37,875 bases of DNA, from assembly GCA_031960885.1 (NCBI GenBank), contig JAVRLY010000004.1:1-37875 (forward strand), written 5' to 3'. The notes beneath the pieces are model-generated. The model was not told the DNA's origin and searched no databases. It was given only the letters and a program-made list of their open reading frames with translations. Origin of the DNA: Desulfurella sp. GTDB lineage: Bacteria; Campylobacterota_A; Desulfurellia; Desulfurellales; Desulfurellaceae. Position 1 is the first letter of the stretch. The number at the start of each line of letters is the position of its first letter. Positions 27,658 to 36,263 of this stretch are shown here, piece by piece. A program made the translations under genes and the position numbers.

Positions 27658-28430
27658 AAAAGCTCATTAAAAAAATTGAAAAATACTATAAATCAAAACA
27701 ATCAAGCTTGTTTTTTTATCCACTTGCGTGTTTGTTGTATGAAAGTGGTGCAAAAGAAGAAGCATTTGACATGCTAATAGACGGGGTATCTAAATTTCCT
27801 CATTACTTAATCGCTCTGATTAAGATTGCCCAAATACTTATAAATGAAGAAAAGTATGATGCAGCGGAAAGTTATCTTGAAACTGTTTTAAATATTAACA
27901 ATGCTAATGTTCTAGCATGGGAGTTGCTTGCTGATATTTATGAAAAACAAGGCAAAATTGAAGAGGCTGTAAAGATTTACGAAAAAATTATTATACTTAA
28001 TCCATCGCGTAAAGCTAAATCAAAACTATTATCTTTTGCTTCTGTTTATAAACCAGATATAGAGAAAGTCAAAGATATAAACGAACAAGTTTCTCTGTCA
28101 AATACGCAAACAATCGAACCAAAAATGGCAACAGATGATGATACAATTGATGATACAATCATACTGGATCTTGATAATGATGTAAAAGGCAACGAAATGT
28201 CACAAACAGAAGATAAGGAAGCATTGCCAGAACAAGAACAAAATAATCCATTAATTTTTGAAGATATACCTACAATTGATTTAGAAGAAGATGATCAGTT
28301 AAATATAGCAAAACTATATATTGAACAAGGTTATATTGAAGATGCAAAAAATCTATACAAAGAAATACTATCAAGGAACCCACAAAATAAAGAGGCCAAA
28401 CTTGCATTGGAGGCACTAAATGAAAAATAA
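27654..28430 (+). CDS. tetratricopeptide-repeat protein with acidic linker
   Basis: N-terminal TPR-like helices (LADIYEKQGKIEEAVKIYEK), D/E-rich middle, C-terminal TPR (IAKLYIEQGYIEDAKNLYKEIL). Confidence 0.85.
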   Translation: MKKLIKKIEKYYKSKQSSLFFYPLACLLYESGAKEEAFDMLIDGVSKFPHYLIALIKIAQILINEEKYDAAESYLETVLNINNANVLAWELLADIYEKQGKIEEAVKIYEKIIILNPSRKAKSKLLSFASVYKPDIEKVKDINEQVSLSNTQTIEPKMATDDDTIDDTIILDLDNDVKGNEMSQTEDKEALPEQEQNNPLIFEDIPTIDLEEDDQLNIAKLYIEQGYIEDAKNLYKEILSRNPQNKEAKLALEALNEK

Positions 28431-28998
28431 TAAATTTTTTTTCCTATTAGCATTATTATTTTTTGCCACATCTTGCACGCAACTTCAACAAATTGGTTTT
28501 AGAGATTACGACACATCTTTTTCTCAAAACTTAGATAAACATACTATTGAAAAGAAACTTTATAGGGATTTTGAGACTGTAGCAATTGCCAAAGTAACGT
28601 ATTTTGACAGTAATCTCGCCAATCAATATTATGATTATTTAGCTCAACATAATGCCATATCTAGTTCAAATAATAAAGTTTATGAATCATTCAAAAATGA
28701 CAGTTCAAAATTATTTGTGTTTTGGGTAAACTTATACAGTTCAGACTATGAATCAAGCAACATATCAAATAAAAATTCATTTTGGAATGTTTATTTAGAT
28801 TGCAATGGCAAAAAAATTCTACCTGTAAAAATTGAAAAGATCTCAGAAGATAGCCCCTTAAATGCTTGGCTTTATTTAAAACCGCGAAACTATTGGTCAC
28901 AAAATTATATAGTGGAATTTGATCGAAGTTGTGCAAGCAATATGATTGATTTTAATATGGCATCAATTGTTGGCAGTTTAAATTTTAATTTTAGGTAA
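28420..28998 (+). CDS. hypothetical lipoprotein
   Basis: MKNNK, hydrophobic stretch, lipobox-like FATS-C; GGAGG RBS. Confidence 0.75.
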   Translation: MKNNKFFFLLALLFFATSCTQLQQIGFRDYDTSFSQNLDKHTIEKKLYRDFETVAIAKVTYFDSNLANQYYDYLAQHNAISSSNNKVYESFKNDSSKLFVFWVNLYSSDYESSNISNKNSFWNVYLDCNGKKILPVKIEKISEDSPLNAWLYLKPRNYWSQNYIVEFDRSCASNMIDFNMASIVGSLNFNFR

Positions 28999-29009
28999 AG
29001 GAGGGTTTG

Positions 29010-29864
29010 ATGTACAAAATTCTAAAGAAGCAAAAATGGAGTGATACTATATTTTCAAACTGGGTAGAAGCTCCATTTGTTGCAAAAGCTGCCCAACCCG
29101 GTCAGTTTATAATACTGATTACAAAGGAAAACGGTGAAAGAATTCCTTTAACTATTGCGGATTCAAATCCACAAGAAGGTTGGGTACAGATTGTCTATCA
29201 AGTTGTTGGAGCTAGCACGTTAGAGCTTTCATCAATGAATGAAGGCGAAAATCTCTATGCTTTTGTTGGTCCATTAGGTATGCCATCTGAGGTAGAAAAC
29301 TTTGGTGGTAAAGTGCTAATTATTGGTGGTGGTATAGGTATTGCACCAATTCACCCAATTGCAAAAAAACTTAAAGAGCTTGGTAACCATGTAATTTCCA
29401 TAATAGGAGCACGCACAAAAGACCTTATAATTATGGAAGACAAGATGAAAGAAGCTTCAAATGAACTACTTATTGCAACAGATGATGGTACCTATGGTCA
29501 AAAAGGTTTTGTAACCAACATAATGGATGATATACTAAAAAAAGAGTCTGAAGCCATTAAAGACATATGGGCAATTGGACCACCAATAATGATGAAAATG
29601 TGCACACGCGTAGCAAATGAACATAACAAGCAAATATGGGTTTCGCTAAACTCAATTATGGTTGATGGTACTGGTATGTGCGGTGCGTGTAGGGTAAGCG
29701 TAGGAGGAAAAACCAAATTTGCCTGTGTAGATGGGCCTGAGTTTAGAGGCAATCTAGTGAACTTTGAAGAAATGGTATTAAGGCAAAGACAATATTGTGA
29801 CCAAGAAAGAGAGGCTTTGGTTTTGCTTGAAGAACAAATAAGGAGGAAGGCTTCAAATGGCTGA
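29010..29864 (+). CDS. nfnA: NfnA/SudB small subunit of electron-bifurcating NADH-dependent ferredoxin:NADP+ oxidoreductase
   Basis: AQPGQF, GERIPLTIAD, GPLG, GGGIGIAP, TDDG, IGP..MM, [2Fe-2S] motif DGTGMCGACRV..CVDGPEF; AAGGAGG RBS. Confidence 0.9.
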   Translation: MYKILKKQKWSDTIFSNWVEAPFVAKAAQPGQFIILITKENGERIPLTIADSNPQEGWVQIVYQVVGASTLELSSMNEGENLYAFVGPLGMPSEVENFGGKVLIIGGGIGIAPIHPIAKKLKELGNHVISIIGARTKDLIIMEDKMKEASNELLIATDDGTYGQKGFVTNIMDDILKKESEAIKDIWAIGPPIMMKMCTRVANEHNKQIWVSLNSIMVDGTGMCGACRVSVGGKTKFACVDGPEFRGNLVNFEEMVLRQRQYCDQEREALVLLEEQIRRKASNG

Positions 29865-31269
29865 AAAGTTAAAACCTGCTGAAAAGCTTAAAAAAAATAG
29901 AGTTTCGATGAGAACACAAGAACCACTGGAAAGAATACAAAATTTCCTTGAAGTACCACTGGGATATTCTTTAGCAGAAGCTATCGAAGAGGCTCAAAGA
30001 TGCTTGCAATGCAATCCAGCATACTGTGTAGCAGGATGCCCAGCTGATGTCAGAATTCCTCAGTTTATAGAAAAGATAATTGAAGAAGATATAAAAGGTG
30101 CGTTTTTGGAAATCAAACAAACAAATGCTTTGCCTGCTGTGTGCGGAAGGGTATGTCCACAAGAAGAACAATGTGAAGGCGCATGTATTATGAATAAAAA
30201 AGGTAAGCCCATTGCAATTGGAAGACTTGAGCGATATGTTGCCGATTGGGCAAGACAACTTGATTATTCTGACGCCAAAAAACCTTCATCAAAATTAGGT
30301 AAAAAAGTAGCAATAGTTGGCTCTGGCCCAGCTGGTCTTGCATGTGCTTCTGATTTGGCAAAATTAGGATATGATGTTACAATATACGAGGCACTTCACA
30401 AAGCGGGCGGTGTTCTTGTTTACGGTATACCTGAGTTTAGATTGCCAAAATCCATAGTAGAATACGAAGTTGGTCAAATAAAAGAATTAGGTGTGGAAAT
30501 TAATCTAAACTATGTAGTTGGTTTAACAAAAACTGTTGACGAATTAATACAAGAATATGACGCAGTATTTTTAGCAAATGGAGCTGGCGCACCGTCATTT
30601 TTGAACATACCAGGCGAAAATCTCAATGGCGTATACTCTGCAAGCGAATTTTTAACAAGGTCAAATCTAATGAAAGCCTATGAATTTCCAAATTATGCAA
30701 CACCAATTAGAGTAGGACAAAAAGCTGTGGTAGTTGGCGGTGGCAATGTAGCAATGGATGCAGTTAGAACTGCAAAAAGGCTTGGCGCAAAAGAAGCTAC
30801 TATTGTATATAGAAGAAGCAGAAAAGAAATGCCAGCACGTGCTGAAGAAATAGAGCATGCAGAAGAAGAAGGCATTAAGTTTGAACTGCTAACAAACCCT
30901 GTTAAAATCTTAGGTGATGAGTATGGAAATGTAGTAGGTATAGAATGCGTTAAAATGGAACTTGGCGAACCTGATGAATCGGGCAGAAGAAGACCAAAGG
31001 TTGTTGAGGGCTCAAATTTTGTAATAGATGTAGATACAGTTATTATAGCAATTGGTCAAAGTGCAAACCCAATAGTAGCTCGCAGCGCAACAGGCGTAGA
31101 AATCAATAAATGGGGTTACTTTGTCGCAGATGAAGACGGTAAAACCACTCACCCAAAAGTTTGGGCTGGCGGCGATATAGTAACAGGCGCAGCTACAGTT
31201 ATTTTAGCGGTTGGCGCTGGCAAAAAAGCAGCTAAATCTATACATGAAACGCTCTCAATTAAACAGTGA
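29857..31269 (+). CDS. nfnB: NfnB/SudA large subunit (GltD-like flavo-iron-sulfur protein)
   Basis: [65 protein letters not shown]; overlaps nfnA; no gltB nearby. Confidence 0.9.
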   Translation: MAEKLKPAEKLKKNRVSMRTQEPLERIQNFLEVPLGYSLAEAIEEAQRCLQCNPAYCVAGCPADVRIPQFIEKIIEEDIKGAFLEIKQTNALPAVCGRVCPQEEQCEGACIMNKKGKPIAIGRLERYVADWARQLDYSDAKKPSSKLGKKVAIVGSGPAGLACASDLAKLGYDVTIYEALHKAGGVLVYGIPEFRLPKSIVEYEVGQIKELGVEINLNYVVGLTKTVDELIQEYDAVFLANGAGAPSFLNIPGENLNGVYSASEFLTRSNLMKAYEFPNYATPIRVGQKAVVVGGGNVAMDAVRTAKRLGAKEATIVYRRSRKEMPARAEEIEHAEEEGIKFELLTNPVKILGDEYGNVVGIECVKMELGEPDESGRRRPKVVEGSNFVIDVDTVIIAIGQSANPIVARSATGVEINKWGYFVADEDGKTTHPKVWAGGDIVTGAATVILAVGAGKKAAKSIHETLSIKQ

Positions 31270-32212
31270 AGTTAATTTGTCTATAAGACCAGAGAGTCTT
31301 AAAGCTTACATCGGTCAAAAACGCGTAGTTGAAAACTTGTCGCTTGCAATACAAGCGGCGCAAAAACGAAATGAGCCCATAGAACATTGTTTGCTCTATG
31401 GGCCACCTGGCATTGGAAAAACTACACTCGCACACATAATAGCTAAAGAAATGGGATCAAATATCATAACTATAAGCGGCCCTTCAATTGAAAAAGTTGG
31501 TGATATTGCTGCAATTTTAACTAGTCTAGATGATAAGGATGTATTGTTTGTTGATGAAATACATAGACTTAATCGCAATATTGAAGAAATGCTTTATTCT
31601 GCTTTAGAAGACTTCAAATTAGATATTGTAGTAGGTCAAGGTCCAGGCGCAAAAACACTTCGCATAGATTTGCCTAAATTCACTTTCATAGGTGCAACTA
31701 CACGCATCGGAATGCTAACTAATCCCCTAAGAGATAGGTTTGGCCTTGTTTTAAGATTAGAATATTACTCTTTAAATGAACTTGTTGATATAATCAAACG
31801 CTCAGCATATGTGTTAAATATAAAAATTGATGATGAAAGTGCCCAAATTATCGCCAAAAGGTCGCGTTCTACACCGCGTATTGCAAATAAAATACTAAGG
31901 CGCGTAAGGGATTTGGCTCAAATTAAGCAAATTGACATCATTAGAAAAAACATTGCGCAAGAAGCACTAGATATCATTAATATAGATGAAAATGGCTTAG
32001 ATTACTTAGACAAAAAATACCTTGATATCATTAACAATACATTTAACGGCGGGCCCGTTGGTATAGAAACATTGTCTTCGAGTTTAGGCGAAGATAAAAA
32101 AACACTCGAAGAAGTAGTTGAACCATACTTACTACAGTGTGGTTACATTAAAAAAACACCAAAAGGACGCGTTGCAGTCAATCAAGTTATAGATAAACAT
32201 ACGTTATTTTAG
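31244..32212 (+). CDS. ruvB: Holliday junction branch migration helicase RuvB
   Basis: [62 protein letters not shown]. Start moved to ATG 31244. Confidence 0.97.
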   Translation: MKRSQLNSEVNLSIRPESLKAYIGQKRVVENLSLAIQAAQKRNEPIEHCLLYGPPGIGKTTLAHIIAKEMGSNIITISGPSIEKVGDIAAILTSLDDKDVLFVDEIHRLNRNIEEMLYSALEDFKLDIVVGQGPGAKTLRIDLPKFTFIGATTRIGMLTNPLRDRFGLVLRLEYYSLNELVDIIKRSAYVLNIKIDDESAQIIAKRSRSTPRIANKILRRVRDLAQIKQIDIIRKNIAQEALDIINIDENGLDYLDKKYLDIINNTFNGGPVGIETLSSSLGEDKKTLEEVVEPYLLQCGYIKKTPKGRVAVNQVIDKHTLF

Positions 32213-33357
32213 TTTAAAATTGCTGATTTTATAGCATTTATTATTAATTCTTGCTCATCTAAACTAAGCCCTACATACAATGGTATAGACAAACACTCTC
32301 TGTAGTACTCAATAGCTTTGGGTGTAGAGTTGGGGTCATAGCCCAAATTTCTATAAAAGGGTTGAGCATTTATTGGTATATAGTGGGTTTGAAGCATAAT
32401 ACCTTTTGTTTTTAGCGATTTCATTACATCAGACTTATTTTTACCCAGTTCTTTAAAATTAACTCTAACAACATACAAATGGTACGACGCTTTTTCATTT
32501 AAATGAAGCGGTCTAATTGGTGTATTGTAAAAAGCACTATCGTAGTTTTTTGCAAGTTTTCTGCGCTCAGATAAAAAATAATCAATCTTTTTAAGTTGAG
32601 ATAAGCCCAGTGCGCTATGCACATCGCTTAGTCTGTAATTGAAACCCAAATCTTGCATTTCAAAGTATAAAGGATTATCATCGTTGTAGATAAAATCTTC
32701 GCTATTTCTTACAATACCATGATTTCGCAAAACAATGGCTTTTTTTGCCACATAATCATCATTTGTTACAATGCAACCGCCTTCTGCACTTGTAATGGTT
32801 TTTACAGGATGAAAAGAAAGTGTTGCTGCATCGCAGAATGCACAATCCCCTGCTTTGTGTTGTTCAAACACAGCCCCAAGTGAATGTGCGCAATCCTCCA
32901 ATACCTTCACGCCAAATTTTTCCTTTAAATACATCAGTCTTTTTGGGTTAACCATATTTCCAGCAAAATCAACAGCAAAAATTGCTTTTATGGAGTTGTC
33001 TTTTTTTAACATATCTTCGCATATGTCTAAATCTATATTTGCTTGATTATCTACATCAACAAATATTGGAATAGCTTGAGCATAAAGTATAGCATTTGAT
33101 GTAGCTAAAAATGAATTCGGCGTTGTTAAAACCTTATCACCTTTATTCAGCATAATGCTTGCAGCAATATGCAAAGCTGCCGTTCCGCTTGATACGCATA
33201 TTGCGTGTTTTACACTCAGGTATTGCTTTATAGCTTCTTCAAATTCAGCAACTTTTGGACCAGTAGTTAAAAAGTCACTTTTTAACACTTCAACTACTGC
33301 TTTTATATCCTCATCATCAATATGTTGCCTTGAATAACCATAAAATTTTTTTTCCAT
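32209..33357 (-). CDS. pseC: UDP-4-amino-4,6-dideoxy-N-acetyl-beta-L-altrosamine transaminase (DegT/DnrJ family)
   Basis: [44 protein letters not shown]-lysine motif [23 protein letters not shown]. Confidence 0.85.
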   Translation of the reverse strand: MEKKFYGYSRQHIDDEDIKAVVEVLKSDFLTTGPKVAEFEEAIKQYLSVKHAICVSSGTAALHIAASIMLNKGDKVLTTPNSFLATSNAILYAQAIPIFVDVDNQANIDLDICEDMLKKDNSIKAIFAVDFAGNMVNPKRLMYLKEKFGVKVLEDCAHSLGAVFEQHKAGDCAFCDAATLSFHPVKTITSAEGGCIVTNDDYVAKKAIVLRNHGIVRNSEDFIYNDDNPLYFEMQDLGFNYRLSDVHSALGLSQLKKIDYFLSERRKLAKNYDSAFYNTPIRPLHLNEKASYHLYVVRVNFKELGKNKSDVMKSLKTKGIMLQTHYIPINAQPFYRNLGYDPNSTPKAIEYYRECLSIPLYVGLSLDEQELIINAIKSAILN

Positions 33358-33405
33358 ACACACACCTTCTTTTATCTAATTTCTTACACAACTAAACTAG
33401 CTATC

Positions 33406-33433
33406 ATTATACCTTCAAGTGAGTTATTTTCAA
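33406..33433 (-). promoter_or_regulatory. sigma70 promoter of pseC
   Basis: TTGAAA (33433-33428), 16 nt, TATAAT (33411-33406). Confidence 0.62.
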
Positions 33434-33453
33434 GTTTGATATAAAAAATATAT

Positions 33454-33482
33454 TTGACATATCACTATAAATTCTTTAACCT
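33454..33482 (+). promoter_or_regulatory. probable promoter of the Crp/Fnr gene
   Basis: TTGACA (33454-33459), 17 nt, TAACCT (33477-33482). The ORF-track TTG start is really the -35 hexamer. Confidence 0.5.
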
Positions 33483-33492
33483 AATAAAAGCT

Positions 33493-34143
33493 ATGGATAA
33501 CAATAAAATACTTGATTCGGTATTTAAAGAATTAAATATTCACGACACAAAAATTATTGAATTATTAAAAGCTTCTTGTTTTATTGTCAAAAAGAAAAAA
33601 AGTGAAGTACTATTTGAGCAAGGCTCAAAAGGCTCTATAATTTATTATTTGCTTGATGGTAAAATTAAATTGTATAGGCTAGATGAAAAAGGCAATGAGT
33701 GCGTTATTAATTTTATTGAAAAAAATGAGTTTTTCGCAGAAATTTTACTTGTTCAAGATACATACCCCGTTAGCGCTCAAGCGCTTGAGACTTCCATTAT
33801 GGTTGCTATAGATAAAAACAAGTTGTTACCTCTTTTAAAATCCTCTTTTGAGTTTTCGCTAAACATAATAACTATGCTAGTAAAACGTATCAATTACCTA
33901 GTGGATACAATAGAGCGCTTATCAACCCAAGATGCAAAAGAAAAGTTTTTGAACTATATTGCTTTTTTAAGCAAAACTAAAAAATCAAACACAGTAACTA
34001 TTGATATACCAAAACAAGAGCTTGCTCTACTGCTGGGTATGGCTAAAGAAACCTTGTCTAGAGTTGAAAAACAACTCTCAAGCGATGGTATTATTGAGGT
34101 AAACAATAGACAAATAAAAATACTAAAGCAGATTTTACCTTAA
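33493..34143 (+). CDS. Crp/Fnr-family transcriptional regulator (no Fnr cysteine cluster; HcpR/Dnr/NssR-like)
   Basis: cNMP-binding fold (LFEQG..YYLLDGKIKLY..FFAE..YPVSAQA) plus HTH (KQELALLLGMAKETLSR). Confidence 0.92.
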   Translation: MDNNKILDSVFKELNIHDTKIIELLKASCFIVKKKKSEVLFEQGSKGSIIYYLLDGKIKLYRLDEKGNECVINFIEKNEFFAEILLVQDTYPVSAQALETSIMVAIDKNKLLPLLKSSFEFSLNIITMLVKRINYLVDTIERLSTQDAKEKFLNYIAFLSKTKKSNTVTIDIPKQELALLLGMAKETLSRVEKQLSSDGIIEVNNRQIKILKQILP

Positions 34144-34150
34144 ATTTACA
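34134..34150 (+). promoter_or_regulatory. putative OmpR/PhoB-family binding site (2 boxes, 11-bp period)
   Basis: TTTACC (34134-34139)-N5-TTTACA (34145-34150), upstream of the small-protein/RR/HK operon. Confidence 0.55.
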
Positions 34151-34171
34151 TTGGAATGGTAAAAAAGGAGT

Positions 34172-34522
34172 ATGTGGTTTAAGAAATTTTTTGTAGTTTT
34201 AATTAGTTTAATTTGTTTTACAAACGTTTACGCTAAAGACTTTAAAAAAGTTGAACCTTCTTATAAATCAATGTGTATATCATACTTGCACACAGCAAAA
34301 GAGATGAGGCAAAGCCCTCTTGTTAAAAAATTTGCCCAAAACCCACAGTACAAGAACCAACTCAGTCTTGTTGATACAAATATTTCTGTAGCTCAAGAAA
34401 GTTTATCAAAAAATCAATTTGAGGCTTGCTATTATAGAGCTGTAAGCGCTATATTGTTAATGAAAGGGTTATCTAACATACAAAAAGCAAAAAACCATGA
34501 AAATCCTGCTGCTAGAAGATGA
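34172..34522 (+). CDS. small exported helical protein with two mature-region cysteines, unknown function
   Basis: Sec signal MWFKKFFVVLISLICFTNVYA-K (VYA cleavage site); Cys in SMCIS and EACYY; overlaps the response regulator start by 26 bp. Confidence 0.78.
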   Translation: MWFKKFFVVLISLICFTNVYAKDFKKVEPSYKSMCISYLHTAKEMRQSPLVKKFAQNPQYKNQLSLVDTNISVAQESLSKNQFEACYYRAVSAILLMKGLSNIQKAKNHENPAARR

Positions 34523-35144
34523 TAAAACGCTTGGAAAAGCGCTAAAAGATTTTTTAGAACAAAATAGCTTTGAAACAGAATGGGTAACCAGTTTGGAAGA
34601 TTTTAGTCTATACGTAAAAACACGCGCTTTTGATTTATTAATATTAGATAGGGCGATAAAAAATAAAGATTCACTGTTTGTTTTGAAAGAATTAAGAAAA
34701 ACTATATCAACGCCTGCTATTTTTTTGACAGTAAAAAGTTCTCTTAGTGATAAACTGGAAGGTTTTGAAGCAAATATTGATGACTATATTACAAAACCAT
34801 TTTATAAAGAAGAATTACTTGCTAGGATCAAAGCCATATTAAATAGGAATGTACCAAAAGGTATTATAAAAGTAAAAAATATAGAAATTGACACACAAAA
34901 GCATATAGTGTATATTGACTCAAAACATGTAGAAAACCTTACACAAAAAGAGTTTATGTTGCTTGAATATTTAATGCGCAACAAAAATAAAGTTATAAAA
35001 ACAGATACATTAATAGATTATATTTGGAATGAAAACGGAAGCATAGAAACTCTAAAATCCCATATCTATAGTTTAAGAAAAAAATTAGCAGATAAAGACT
35101 TGATAAAAACAATCAAAGGGTACGGATATAAAATAGAAGAATAA
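34497..35144 (+). CDS. OmpR/PhoB-family response regulator
   Basis: LLEDD, phosphoacceptor LLILD, IFLT, DDYITKPF; winged helix LTQKEF..LEYL, KSHIYSLRKKL, IKTIKGYGY. Confidence 0.95.
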   Translation: MKILLLEDDKTLGKALKDFLEQNSFETEWVTSLEDFSLYVKTRAFDLLILDRAIKNKDSLFVLKELRKTISTPAIFLTVKSSLSDKLEGFEANIDDYITKPFYKEELLARIKAILNRNVPKGIIKVKNIEIDTQKHIVYIDSKHVENLTQKEFMLLEYLMRNKNKVIKTDTLIDYIWNENGSIETLKSHIYSLRKKLADKDLIKTIKGYGYKIEE

Positions 35145-35149
35145 AATAA

Positions 35150-36262
35150 ATGAATAAATACATACAAAAATTTATAAACAATATAATATCGTTACATACG
35201 TTGCTTGTATTTGTTATGCTTGTTTTTTTTGATTGTGTCCTTTCATATCAAAGATATTTGGATATTAAAAAAAATCGCGAAGCACTAGCCAAAAGAATTA
35301 TAGAAAACATTGAACTTTCTATTAAAACAACAGGAATCTATCAAAGCAAGCCCCAGGATATTTTTTATATAATTATTGACAACAAACATAGAATAATGGG
35401 CGCAAATGTAAGTATAAAAAAAGAAATAGTTGACAAAATAATAAAATCAAAACAAAACGATTTAAGGCTCGCAAATCTTTCTATTAAAAAAACAAGTTTT
35501 ATAGATGCAACACTTGGACATATTGAAATTATCGTTGCGTATTCATTAAATGAAATCTACAAAAATATAGCCTACTTTTTTGGTTTGGCATTTATGATAT
35601 CACTTTTTATTGTAGCATTATATTATAGAATCAGCTATGTATTGTCACAAAAATGGTCTATACCGCTTTTATCATTACACAGAACAACTGAAGAATTTTT
35701 AGATACAGTTGCGCATGAAGTACTAACGCCACTTACATATATTAGTTTATTAAACGATGATGAGCGTGTAAAAAATAGCATAGACCGCATCAAAAATACA
35801 TTAAATGGTATACTTGAAATCAAAAAGTTTGATGTTACAAAGAAACAAAATGAAGCGCCGACAAACACACAAATTGTCATAAAAACAATACTTCAAGAGC
35901 TAAGTTTTGCTATTGAATCAAAAAAAATTACAGTGGAATTAAAACTTGAAAATATCCAAATAAATGCGTACCAAAATATCTTTTATATCCTTTTGCGTAA
36001 CTTAATAGATAATGCTGTAAAATACAATATAGATGGTGGATTCTTGAAATTAGAATCTCGCATAGTTGGCAAATATTACCACTTTAAAATTGAAAATCCC
36101 TATCAATCTAATGACGACAATTCAAATACCCAAACGCTACATTTTGGCAAAGGATTGGGGCTGTATTTGGTTTATAAAACACTCAACATATTAAATGGTG
36201 ATATAGATATTACCACAACAAAAGATTTATTCAAAGCAATTGTAAAGTTGCCCATCAACTAA
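35150..36262 (+). CDS. membrane sensor histidine kinase
   Basis: Two TM helices around a ~105-aa periplasmic domain; H-box FLDTVAHEVLTPL; N-box NLIDNAVKY; G2 GKGLGLYLV. Confidence 0.9.
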   Translation: MNKYIQKFINNIISLHTLLVFVMLVFFDCVLSYQRYLDIKKNREALAKRIIENIELSIKTTGIYQSKPQDIFYIIIDNKHRIMGANVSIKKEIVDKIIKSKQNDLRLANLSIKKTSFIDATLGHIEIIVAYSLNEIYKNIAYFFGLAFMISLFIVALYYRISYVLSQKWSIPLLSLHRTTEEFLDTVAHEVLTPLTYISLLNDDERVKNSIDRIKNTLNGILEIKKFDVTKKQNEAPTNTQIVIKTILQELSFAIESKKITVELKLENIQINAYQNIFYILLRNLIDNAVKYNIDGGFLKLESRIVGKYYHFKIENPYQSNDDNSNTQTLHFGKGLGLYLVYKTLNILNGDIDITTTKDLFKAIVKLPIN

Positions 36263-36263
36263 T

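Noticed and set aside
29857..31269. Glutamate synthase small subunit (gltD)
   Set aside because: Paired with an NfnA-type gene and no gltB is adjacent.
33436..33447. TTTGATATAAAA shared with 37738-37727 (minus) as a Crp/Fnr site
   Set aside because: Not a TTGAT-N4-ATCAA palindrome, and an AT-rich 12-mer match can be chance.
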